Positions 1-9,176 are shown, numbered from the stretch's first letter. The stretch is DNA of 64,000 nucleotides from an uncultured Chloroflexia bacterium (GCA_963824735.1 CAWGQH010000016.1:133032-197031), one strand, 5' to 3'. The notes: generated by a model not told the origin, from the letters alone. Numbers and translations: made by a program.

Positions 1-2112
1 TTCGGCAACCCCGACGTCCGGGAAGGGGCGCTCGAGGCCGCCAGGAGCGCCTGCCTGCAGTCTCCCGGGCCGACCGTCCTCCTCGGCCACGCCATGGGCG
101 GCATCGTCGCCTACGACCTGCTCGCCACCGAGGAGTCCGAGGCGCTGGGCGTCGAGTCACTCCTGACGTACGGATCGCCCCTCGGGATTCCCAGCATTCG
201 AAAGCAGGTGGAATGGATCCACCCGCGAACCCCCTTCCCGACCGGCCTCCGCCGCTGGATCGACATCGCAACGGAGCTCGACTTCACCACGGTCGAGGGC
301 GAGCTTGCGAAGCTCTATCGGGCCCAGGATGGGCGCCGCGTCGAGAGCATCGTGATCCCGTCGCCGGAATCCGACCGGGGCAACGCGCACGACCCGCAGG
401 CCTACCTTGCGTCGGTCGTCCTCGCCGAGGCGGTGCTCGATCTACTGTCCGCGAAGGCCGGCGTCACGCCGGAGCTCGAGCCACCGGCCGACCAGGATCA
501 CGCCGGCGAACCGGTCCGCAGCATCGCCGCCGCCTCGCCGCCGGCTCCGGCACGCGAGGACGACGTCCCGATCGCCGGCACGCGCATCGTCGAGCGAACG
601 GCCTCAGCCGATTTCCCGCCGGTCGTTGCGCCGGGCTCCACGCACGAGCTGCTGGTCGCGGTCGCAGGGCTCGCGATCCATGCCCGGGCGGAGGCGCTTC
701 TGCCGTTCGCCGTGCCGGTAGACCAGCACGAGGTCACCCTCAAGGTCGGGGTCTACGCGGCCGACTTCGAGGTCCGCGCGATTGACGATGCGCGTCGAAC
801 GTGGACCGAGATGACGATCGACCTCGACGACGCCGAGCACGTCGCCGAAGCGCGCTTCAAGCTCACCGCTCACGACGGCGACGAGCAGCGTGAGAGCCCG
901 ATCTATATCTCCTTCTACCGCGGCAACCTGCCCGTCGGCCAGCTCTCCCTCGTCTGTTCCATCGATCCGCTGCACGAAATTCGACAGGCGCCGATCTCGG
1001 TCACGATCGGCGGCGCGAGCGACCCGGAGTACGTGCTCGTTGTCACGGATCGGAGCCAGGGGCCAAAGGGGGCCGGGCCGTTCGACATCTTCGTGAGCAA
1101 GGAGGGCGAGTACCTCAACAAGCCGCTCGGTTCGTTCCCGGTCGCCGTCGACGCGTGGGATTACGCACGTGCCCGCCTCGACGGCTTCCGCAAGGTGCGT
1201 GAAGAACCGACGACGGAGGACCGGATCCGGGCGGCCGAGTCCCTGGGCATCGAGCTCTGGCGCGACCTGCCCGAGGACTTCAAGCGGTTCTATTGGGACG
1301 AGGTGCACGAGCATCCCGGCGCGTCGCTCGCGATCTACTCGCAGGAGCCGTACATCCCGTGGGAGCTCATCAAGCCGCAGCGCGATGTCGGCGGCGAGGA
1401 GGACGGCTTCCTCGGTGCAACGCTGCGGATCGCGCGATGGAAGCAGGCGGTCCGCTTCCCCGATCCGCTGACGGTCACCGGCTTCTCGGTCATCGCACCG
1501 GTGTACGGACCCGAGTCCGGGAGCCGCCCCCTGCCAGGAGCGCAAGCGGAGGCACAACAGCTGATCGAGGAATTCGGCGCTGAGCCGGTCAGCGGCGAGC
1601 GAGCAGTCGTCCGCGAGATGCTCGAGTCGTCCAAGGGCATCCAGCTGATCCACTTCGCGGGCCACGGGGACTTTGATCCCGATGCGGCCGAGATCTCGGT
1701 CATCCGCCTCGCCGACTCGGCCCTCGTGCCGCGGGACCTGAGTCGAGCCCGGCTGGGCCAGACTGCGCACCCATTCGTGTTCCTCAACGCCTGCGAGGTC
1801 GGTGAGCAGGGCTGGGCGCTGACCAAGATCGGTGGCTGGGCCGAGGCCTTCACCGACATCGGGTTCTCCGGCTTCATCGGGCCCTACTGGGCGGTGAACG
1901 ACCGGATCGCCCGGAAATCGTCGCTGCTCTTCTATCGCTCCCTGTCGGCAGGTCTGACGGTCGGCGAAGCGGTCCGCCAGATCCGCCTCCAGTTCTACGC
2001 CGATCCCGACGACGCGGGTCACCCGAGCTGGCTCGCATACACGCTCCACTGCCAGCCGAACATCCACATCCAGATGCCGGTGCCGGCGGTCGCGACGAGA
2101 GGAGAAGACTGA
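1..2112 (+). CDS. alpha/beta-hydrolase-like + CHAT (caspase-like protease) domain protein, 5' end cut by the window
   Basis: Frame 1 is open from nt 1 (FGNPDVREG...), so ORF 94..2112 is truncated by the window edge. N-terminal part: lipase-like elbow LLGHAMGG (nt 79-102), TYGSPLG, GNAHD. C-terminal part: IHFAGHG (His codon 1663-1665) and VFLNACEVG (Cys codon 1792-1794), the CHAT/caspase-type His-Cys dyad. Confidence 0.8.
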   Translation, partial: FGNPDVREGALEAARSACLQSPGPTVLLGHAMGGIVAYDLLATEESEALGVESLLTYGSPLGIPSIRKQVEWIHPRTPFPTGLRRWIDIATELDFTTVEGELAKLYRAQDGRRVESIVIPSPESDRGNAHDPQAYLASVVLAEAVLDLLSAKAGVTPELEPPADQDHAGEPVRSIAAASPPAPAREDDVPIAGTRIVERTASADFPPVVAPGSTHELLVAVAGLAIHARAEALLPFAVPVDQHEVTLKVGVYAADFEVRAIDDARRTWTEMTIDLDDAEHVAEARFKLTAHDGDEQRESPIYISFYRGNLPVGQLSLVCSIDPLHEIRQAPISVTIGGASDPEYVLVVTDRSQGPKGAGPFDIFVSKEGEYLNKPLGSFPVAVDAWDYARARLDGFRKVREEPTTEDRIRAAESLGIELWRDLPEDFKRFYWDEVHEHPGASLAIYSQEPYIPWELIKPQRDVGGEEDGFLGATLRIARWKQAVRFPDPLTVTGFSVIAPVYGPESGSRPLPGAQAEAQQLIEEFGAEPVSGERAVVREMLESSKGIQLIHFAGHGDFDPDAAEISVIRLADSALVPRDLSRARLGQTAHPFVFLNACEVGEQGWALTKIGGWAEAFTDIGFSGFIGPYWAVNDRIARKSSLLFYRSLSAGLTVGEAVRQIRLQFYADPDDAGHPSWLAYTLHCQPNIHIQMPVPAVATRGED

Positions 2113-2918
2113 TGACTGACGGGCTCGACGCGCGCCCTGAGCGACGGCTCTCCGCGGCCGGCGGTCCCGCACCCGTCGACGACGACACGATCCAGTCCCT
2201 TGCCGAGGAGATCGAGGAGGACGAGGAGCGCGGCGGATCGGAGAGCGACGCGGCGCCATTCGACCTCGGGATCCCCGAGCCGCGGGCGATCGATCTCCGG
2301 AAGGTCTGGAAGCTCGCCGGACAGAAGCCGGATGCGCAGATCCTCGCCGCACTCGGTCCGAATGTGCCGGTGCTCCTGTCGCACAGCATCACGGCTTTCC
2401 CCGTCGGCGCAGGCAAACCGCCGCGCGTCTGGGGCATCCGGTACGGCAGTCAGCTCTTCGGGATCGACGCCCGCACGGTGAGCGTGCAGCCGACGACCGA
2501 GCTGCTCGACGTGCTCACCGTCGGCGCCGAGGCCGAGCTCGCCGTCGGCCTCGCGGGCGAGCTCTCGGTCCCCGACGCCGTCGGCGCCGCGATCGAGTCG
2601 GTGCCGGGTGTTGCCCTGAACGACGCACGGGTTGCGGCATCGCTCGACGAGTCGGCGAAGCTCAGGATCCGGTTCACGCTGTCCGTGCCGAAGGTGATCG
2701 CGGGTACCGAGGCGCGCGGCGGCGCGCGCTGGCAGCTGTACGCGCAGGATCGCCGGCTCGACGGCCACCAGGCGATGCTGCAGACGCTGCTCGTTCCGAA
2801 GGGGACAAAGCGAATCCGGACCGAGATCGTGGCATCAGTGGCCGCGGCGGGTTGGTTCGGCCCGCGCGAGTGGCGCTTCGAGACCGAGACCTTCGACCTC
2901 GCCCTCGACGGGCTGTGA
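2112..2918 (+). CDS. hypothetical protein, translationally coupled to the upstream CHAT gene
   Basis: ORF 2112..2918. Its ATG overlaps the upstream TGA (TGATG, nt 2110-2114). The first ~75 aa are acidic and low-complexity (EEIEEDEERGGSESD); the C-terminal part has alternating hydrophobic, strand-like character. I recognise no motif. Confidence 0.6.
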   Translation: MTDGLDARPERRLSAAGGPAPVDDDTIQSLAEEIEEDEERGGSESDAAPFDLGIPEPRAIDLRKVWKLAGQKPDAQILAALGPNVPVLLSHSITAFPVGAGKPPRVWGIRYGSQLFGIDARTVSVQPTTELLDVLTVGAEAELAVGLAGELSVPDAVGAAIESVPGVALNDARVAASLDESAKLRIRFTLSVPKVIAGTEARGGARWQLYAQDRRLDGHQAMLQTLLVPKGTKRIRTEIVASVAAAGWFGPREWRFETETFDLALDGL

Positions 2919-2921
2919 CCC

Positions 2922-5310
2922 TCAGCGGGAGGAGGTCGACGATTTTCCGCGCCCCATGAACAGCTCGGCGAGGAGGAACGCGAGGACGCTGACCCCGAAG
3001 ACTTGACCTGCTTCGACGTCACCTAGTGGCTTGACGAATGCCTCATACACGTTGTCGGCGACGACGATGGACAACGGTCCCAGGGTCATGCCCAGGACGA
3101 GAACAACTGGCCACCTGGAGATGTCCCCGGCGGGTGCCCGCAACGGCGGCACGTACTGTTCGATGAGCGCTCCTGCAATGGAGGCGGTGAAGATCGTAAT
3201 GACGGCCAGGACAAGCAGCGGAACGATGTTGTCGTTGAAGTATTGCTCCCCGCCTTCAGCATCTTGAGGCAAGGGAAGCTTGGACAGCTGAAGCAGCCCG
3301 AGACCGCCGACGAGCAGCGCACCGGCGAAGAAGCCGCGTCCAATGGCGGCAGTGCGGTTCGGCGCCTGGCGATTCGCCATCCAGTCGCCGGGTCGCGGCG
3401 CCGCCTTCGCCGTGGGGGCGCCGGAGGTCGCGGATCGCGTGGCGGTCGCTCCCCCGGCCGTTTTCGAGGAGCCCATCGCCGACGCAGCTCCACGAGTCTT
3501 CCTGCCCGGACGAGCCGCTCGCCGGCGAGCCGGCGGTGGCGCCCTTCGTGGCACCGGCTGCTCCGGCGCCCGTCGCTCCCGCCACCTTTGGGTCGACCTG
3601 GCCGGCCGTTGCGTCGCGCTCCGCCCGGAGCTCGGCCTCGAGCCGGCGGCGCTCCGCCTTCAAGCGGTCAACCTCGTCCGAGATCAAGTGGCGCTGTGTC
3701 TCGAGCCGGGCCGCCTCGGCGGCGCTGGCCGCGGCGGCCTCCGTGCGCTCTCGTTCCTCCTCGTGCCGGGTCGCCTCGGCCGCAGTGGCCCGCTCGTGCT
3801 CGGCGGCGTGCTCCGCCTCCAGCCTGCGCCGCTCCTCCTCGGCCAGCCGAGCCGCCTCCGTCTCGGCAGCCAGTCGATCGCGCTCTTCGACAGCCCGGCG
3901 CTCACGTTCCCTCGCCTCGTCGAGTTCCACGCGCAGCCGCTCGCGCTCGGCCGCGGCGGCAGCCTCCGCTTCCGCAACCTCGCCCGCCGGCGCGGCTCCT
4001 GCCTGCCCGGGCGACAGCGGCTCGCCCCGTTCGATGACGGTCGGCGCTGACGGCGCGTCGGCGGGCGCAGCCGACTTGGTCGTCGCCAACGCCGCGACCG
4101 TCGCGGCGACAGCGGCCGTCTCCGGATCGGCGCCCGCCTTCACCGCATCGGCCTCTGCCTTGGCGGCCGCGACGGCCACCGTCGGGTCAGGCTTCTGTTC
4201 ACGTGCAGGAGCGTGCGCCGGGACCTCGAACAGCAGTCCGTCCTGCACACGCATGAACAGAACCGGCGTCGCCCACTCCACGTCGTTCTCGTCCGCATAG
4301 ATCGCCTTGCGCGCCTCGGCCATTGCCGAGTCGACCGGGTAGCCATCCGCCAGCGCGGCGTAGAACTCCGACGCGAACACGATGGCCGAGCGGTCCGTGA
4401 TCTCGAACTGCATGCCGATGACGGCGGGGATCTCCCGCTCGATCAGGCTGGTCGCCACGCCGGAGAACGGATCCTCGACCGAGCTCCGACCTCCCTCGCA
4501 GGCGTTGAGCACGGCCAGTCGCAGCGAGACTTCGTCCTGCAGGATCGTGCCCAGCTGGACGCCGCTGATCCGCCGGGACCGGCCTTGGTCATCCTCGAAG
4601 AGCACGACACCGTCGTCCGCGTCGTGGTCGTAGCCACCATGCCCGATGTAGTGGAGGACGTGATAGTCGGCTTGGCGCAGCTGGCGCTGGAGGGCTCGCA
4701 GTGTCGGCGTCTCGAGCCAGTCGATGGCCACGGCGCCCGACTGAACGAGCGGCGCGAGCGCCTGACCGAGCTTCGCCTTCTCGGACGCGACATCGATCGG
4801 CTCCGCGTCGGACGGTGCCGAAACAACCCCGATGATCCGCAGCGGCAAGGCGATCTGCAGCGGCCGCTTGGCCTTCGGGAGGTCCAGGTAGCGCACGATC
4901 GGTGTCCATGTCGAGATCGACATGAAGCTCGGATGGTCGTACAGGTACTCCCACGGGACCTGGCTGAGCTCGGGCGCGCCGGTCAGTGACAGGGTGATCC
5001 GCAGACCGCGGTTCTCGGTCCGCGCATCCGCGAACGACGAGCGGAAGAGCTCCTTGACGTCGCCGTCGAACAGGGACGAGAACAGGCGCCCGCCGAAGTC
5101 CTTGGCGAGCTCCATCTCGGGCGACTCGACGCGGCGCTTGCCCCGCCGCGTCCGACCGACCTTCAGGACGAAGTTCTCGAGCTCGATGTCGCTGAACGGC
5201 AGCTTGAACCGACCGAGCGCTTCACCGGATGGACCGGTTGCCACGACGCGGTAGGTGCCGGCAGACAACCCCCGATCGATACGCAGCCGGAACTCGGAAT
5301 AGGCGGTCAT
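2922..5310 (-). CDS. CHAT domain protein with Glu/Arg-rich helical linker and C-terminal 4-TM domain (one frame break as assembled)
   Basis: ORFs 3256..5403 and 2922..3554 lie in different frames. The likely start is ATG 5310 (MTAYSEFRLRIDRG). LHYIGHGG (His codon 4639-4641) and AVLNACEGG (Cys codon 4498-4500) form the CHAT dyad. A ~110-aa Glu/Arg/Ala-rich segment spans roughly 3600-3990. Four hydrophobic helices are encoded at about 2925-3340 in the second frame. A 1-nt change joins the two frames, for example in the C5 run 3451-3455. Confidence 0.7.
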
Positions 5311-5480
5311 GAGACCGCCTCGCGGCTGTCCGTGGGACCGATCCCCACTCGATCCATGTCCAATGCCCCTGGGCAGTTTTCCCGTGGCGGCTCCCCGAGC
5401 CACCTCCGTTGTGCGAAAACCGTATTCCCGGTGTCAATCAAATTTGTGACACTTGCCGGTGCAGCGCTCGGCGTACCCCG

Positions 5481-6470
5481 TCAGGCGCCCCCGGCGGCAT
5501 CCGCGAGGATGGACAGGTCGCCTGCGAGCCGGTCCGCCACACCCTCCGCGACTGCTTCGCCGGCGGATCGCTCGAGACCGAGCAACGCCGAACCGAGCAC
5601 CGGCGGGGCATCCAGGCGCAGGACCCTGGCGGCCGGCGCCGCATTCGCGACGGCCGCAGCCAGTCGCCGGTGGAACGCGGGGTCCTCTGCACGGAAGACG
5701 CCGCCCGCGAGCACGACGTCGGGGTCCAGCCGCCCGAGTCGCAGCCGCCTGATCAATGCCGCGGCCATCACCCCGAGCTCGTCTGCGAGCCGGTCCACGA
5801 TCTCGCGAGCGACCGCGTCGCCCGAGACCGCGGCCGCGAACACGACCGGCGACAGGTCGCCGAGGCGCTCAGCCGCCAACCTCCCCGTGTAGAACGCTCG
5901 AACGACTGCCCCCGGCGATGACAACCCGAAGTGGGCGGGCACGAGCTGCTCGAGACTCGTCCGCGGGCCGCGGCCGTCGCGCGCCCGGACCGCCGCGGCC
6001 TGAGCCGCCAGCCCGACGGACGTTCCCCCGCCCCAGTCACCCGAGATGTCGCCTACCCCGTCGAACCGGGCAACCCGGCCATCTGGCGCGACTCCGACGC
6101 CGTTGACGCCCTGGCCGCAGATCAGGGCGATCCCCCACGGCCGGCGGCTCCCGGCGCGGAGGGCCGCCATCGTGTCGTTGACGACGACGACCTCGCGGGC
6201 GATCCCCAACCGCGCGATTGCGCGCTCCAACAGCCGCACGTCGCTGGCGTAGTCGGCACCGGCGAGGGCAAAGACACCGACATCCGCCGGACCGTCGACC
6301 GACGCCCCGACATCGCCCGCGAGCCGCTCGAGCCGCGCCATGCCCTCGTCGAGGCCGACCGCCTGGTGGGAGATCGTCGGCCCACGGACGGCCGTCAGCA
6401 GCGCTCCATCGTCCGCGACGAGCGCGGCATCGGTCTTCGAGTTTCCGCCGTCGACCGCGAGGACTACCAC
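5481..6470 (-). CDS. BadF/BadG/BcrA/BcrD-type ATPase (N-acetylglucosamine-kinase-like)
   Basis: ORF 5481..6782 trimmed to GTG 6470 (VVVLAVDGGNSKT), which overlaps the upstream stop at 6464-6466. Motifs: VDGGNSKT, ICGQGVNG, GDWGGG. Confidence 0.75.
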   Translation of the reverse strand: MVVLAVDGGNSKTDAALVADDGALLTAVRGPTISHQAVGLDEGMARLERLAGDVGASVDGPADVGVFALAGADYASDVRLLERAIARLGIAREVVVVNDTMAALRAGSRRPWGIALICGQGVNGVGVAPDGRVARFDGVGDISGDWGGGTSVGLAAQAAAVRARDGRGPRTSLEQLVPAHFGLSSPGAVVRAFYTGRLAAERLGDLSPVVFAAAVSGDAVAREIVDRLADELGVMAAALIRRLRLGRLDPDVVLAGGVFRAEDPAFHRRLAAAVANAAPAARVLRLDAPPVLGSALLGLERSAGEAVAEGVADRLAGDLSILADAAGGA

Positions 6471-7087
6471 GGCACGGTTTCGACCGGCGCCACACCGAGC
6501 TCGTCGATTCCGACATAGGTCACCCCGTCGTCGGCGGCGCTGGCGAGCAGCCGCTCGACGGTGGTCGGTGTCACGACCGGCCAGCCGTGGAGCAGGACCA
6601 CCGCTCCATCGCCCACGCCCTGGATCCCCTCGCGAACGCGTCGTTCCAGCGCTTCGGCGGTCGCGTGTTCGGCCCAGTCCTCGCCATCGACGTGCCATCC
6701 CACGTGCCGGTAGCCGGCTGCCGTGATCGCACCGAGCACCCGCGGATCTGATGCTCCGTCGCCGAACGGGCAACGGAACCACGGCCGTGGGTCGACCCCG
6801 CAGGCCTGGCGGATCGCTTCCTCGGCGCGCTCGACGTCGTCAGCGATCCCTTCGTCGGTGAGATGCGACATGCGCGCGTGGTAATGGCCGTGACTGCCGA
6901 TCACGTGGCGACCGTCGACGAGCGCCCGCGCCACCGTAGGAACCGATTCGACCCAGCGGCCCTGCAGGAAGAACGTCGCCCGGGTCGCCCCGGCAGCAAG
7001 CACCTCGAGCAGCCGCTCGGTCCCGCCCGGGTTCGGGCGGTCGGCGTGCTCCGCGTCGAACGTCAGCGCGACGCGGATCGGAGCCAC
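6464..7087 (-). CDS. polysaccharide deacetylase (NodB/CE4 family)
   Basis: ORF 6464..7087. NodB-type motifs: ALTFDAEH, GSHGHYH, RCPFGDG. Confidence 0.85.
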   Translation of the reverse strand: MAPIRVALTFDAEHADRPNPGGTERLLEVLAAGATRATFFLQGRWVESVPTVARALVDGRHVIGSHGHYHARMSHLTDEGIADDVERAEEAIRQACGVDPRPWFRCPFGDGASDPRVLGAITAAGYRHVGWHVDGEDWAEHATAEALERRVREGIQGVGDGAVVLLHGWPVVTPTTVERLLASAADDGVTYVGIDELGVAPVETVPW

Positions 7088-7099
7088 GGCAGTCCCGCC

Positions 7100-8212
7100 C
7101 TACTTCTCGACGCCGGTGATGACGATGCCTCGTGTGAAGAAGCGCGAGGTAAGCAGGAACGCGACGACCGGGATGATCATCGTCATCAGCGTACCGGCCT
7201 GGATCAGCTCGGGGTTGCGGTAATGGATGCCGTTGAACCGCGACAGGCCGACGGCCAGCGGCTGGAGATCGGGCTGCGCCGACAGGTAGATCAGCGGGCC
7301 GAAGAAGTCGTTCCACGAGTAGACGAGGTGGAAGATCGCCACCGCGACGACCACCGGCCAGGCCTGCGGAAGGAGCACCGACACGAGGGTCCGGAACGGA
7401 CCTGCTCCATCGATCGCGGCCGCCTCGTCCATCTCGGTCGGGATCGTCATGAAGTACTGGCGCATGAGGAACACGTCGAAGGCGTTGGCGAAGAACGCCG
7501 GGACGAGCAGCGGCAGCCACGTGCCGACCCAGCCGAGCTCCACGAACAGCGTGTACGTCGGGATGATCGTCACCGCGTACGGCAGGAAGATCGTCGCGAT
7601 CAGGAGCGTGAACAGCGCGTTCCTGCCGGGGAAGCGGAAGCGCGCGAACCCGTACGCCACGAGCGTGCACGAGAGCACCGTCCCGATCGTCCCGATGATC
7701 GCCAGCGCGAACGTGTTGAACAGCAGGCGCGGATAGTCGATCAGGTCCCAGACTTCGGCAAAGTTCTCGAGGTGCGGGGCGAACGTCCACGCCGGCTCGA
7801 GCGTCCGCCACGATCCCTCCCATGCGATCGGCGGGGCCGAGGGATTGCCCGGATCCACGAACTGGCTCTCGGTCCGCCCCGGCTTCAGCAACGCGAGCTG
7901 GCGGGTCGCGCCGTCGAGCGGCACGTTGTAGACGTCGAGCGTCTCGCCTTCGTATTCGAAGGTCGCCGGGTCGGCTGGGTAGACCGGCGATCCCGGTTGG
8001 CTGATCTGGTCCGTGGACTTGAGGGCGAACGTCGCCGAGCGCAGCAGCGGCGACAGGAACGCGGCGAGGAACAGGACGGCGATGAGCGTGAGCAGGAATG
8101 ACTTCGGCCGGTCGCCGCGCTCAGGTGGCCGGCGGCGGTCGGACGCCCCTCGCCGCCTGAACATGCCGGTCAGCCGCCCTCCCGTGTCCTGCAGCCCGAC
8201 GCCGATCGCCAC
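7100..8212 (-). CDS. carbohydrate ABC transporter permease
   Basis: ORF 7100..8212; the start may instead be the internal MFRRRG at 8164. Multi-TM protein with a large first external loop. EAA loop: MDEAAAIDGAGPFRTLVSVLLP. Confidence 0.85.
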   Translation of the reverse strand: MAIGVGLQDTGGRLTGMFRRRGASDRRRPPERGDRPKSFLLTLIAVLFLAAFLSPLLRSATFALKSTDQISQPGSPVYPADPATFEYEGETLDVYNVPLDGATRQLALLKPGRTESQFVDPGNPSAPPIAWEGSWRTLEPAWTFAPHLENFAEVWDLIDYPRLLFNTFALAIIGTIGTVLSCTLVAYGFARFRFPGRNALFTLLIATIFLPYAVTIIPTYTLFVELGWVGTWLPLLVPAFFANAFDVFLMRQYFMTIPTEMDEAAAIDGAGPFRTLVSVLLPQAWPVVVAVAIFHLVYSWNDFFGPLIYLSAQPDLQPLAVGLSRFNGIHYRNPELIQAGTLMTMIIPVVAFLLTSRFFTRGIVITGVEK

Positions 8213-9163
8213 TCAGCGCGCCTCGCCCGCGTAGTACACCCAGCGCCGAGCGCCCCAGAACAGGAGCAGCGTGAGCAGCAGCGTGATCGCGAACAGCACC
8301 CACGCGAGCGTCGCCCCGTAGGACATGTCCTGGAAGGCGAAGAAGTTCTTGTACAGGTACAGGTTGTAGAAGAGCGTCGAGCCGCCCGGTTGCCCGGTCC
8401 CGTTCTTGAGGACCAGTGGCACGAGGAAGTACTGGAGCACCTCGACCGCTGCGAGCACCAGCGTGTAGAACACGACCGGCGACATCAGCGGGATCGTCAC
8501 GTTTCGGAGGCTTGCCCACGCCCCGGCGCCGTCGATGCGGGCCGCGTCGTACAGCTCGGTCGGGATGCCCTTGAGCCCGGCGAGGTAGACGATCACGCCG
8601 GCCCCGATCCCCCAGACGCCCATGATCACGAGGCCCGGGTAGATCCAGGTCGTGCTCTCGAGCCAGTCCGGCGGATGTTCGATGCCGATGAGCTGCAGGA
8701 AGTTGTTGATCCAGCCGTTGCCCTCGGAGCCGAGCATGCCCTGCCAGATCAGCACGCCGGCCACGAACGGCACGACGTAGGGCATGAAGAAGAGGACGCG
8801 GAACGCGCCAGTACCGCGCAGGTGCCGCGAGTGGAGCAGCAGTGCGACCACGAACGGCAGAGCGACTGCGATCGGCAGCGCGATGAGGGCGTACCTGAAC
8901 GTGACGCTCAGCGAATGGATCGCCGTCGGGTCGTTGAGCAGCTTCTCGTAGTTGCGCAGGCCGACGAACTGGAGCGGCTCGGCCTGCTCCAGGTTGATGT
9001 TGGTGAAGGTGAAGCCGAGCGTGGCGATCATCGGGCCCAGCGTGAAGACGAGGAACCCGATGATCCACGGCGAGATGAACACGTAGCCCCACAGCGCGCG
9101 CCGCCACGCCAGCCCACGGGGGCGGGCGAGGCGGCGCGAGCGGGGCTGGGTCAGGACGGCCAT
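8213..9163 (-). CDS. carbohydrate ABC transporter permease
   Basis: ORF 8213..9163. Six TM helices. EAA loop: LYDAARIDGAGAWASLRNVTIP. Confidence 0.9.
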   Translation of the reverse strand: MAVLTQPRSRRLARPRGLAWRRALWGYVFISPWIIGFLVFTLGPMIATLGFTFTNINLEQAEPLQFVGLRNYEKLLNDPTAIHSLSVTFRYALIALPIAVALPFVVALLLHSRHLRGTGAFRVLFFMPYVVPFVAGVLIWQGMLGSEGNGWINNFLQLIGIEHPPDWLESTTWIYPGLVIMGVWGIGAGVIVYLAGLKGIPTELYDAARIDGAGAWASLRNVTIPLMSPVVFYTLVLAAVEVLQYFLVPLVLKNGTGQPGGSTLFYNLYLYKNFFAFQDMSYGATLAWVLFAITLLLTLLLFWGARRWVYYAGEAR

Positions 9164-9176
9164 CGCCTGGGGTCGC

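Noticed and set aside
604-2352. Long antisense or off-frame ORFs throughout the track (e.g. 604..2352 -, 3243..4037 +, 13173..15332 -, 30898..33375 -, 45630..48275 +, 55580..57103 -, 57919..59430 -, 59207..60439 -).
   Set aside because: They are Arg/Pro/Gly-rich with no motifs. They lie opposite or out of frame to genes that have clear family signatures. They are the stop-codon-poor shadows expected in ~70% GC DNA.
2112-2918. The CHAT-coupled ORF as a bacterial gasdermin.
   Set aside because: The size and the protease neighbourhood fit. The long acidic N-terminus and the lack of any motif I can recognise do not. It stays a hypothesis to test by structure prediction, not a call.
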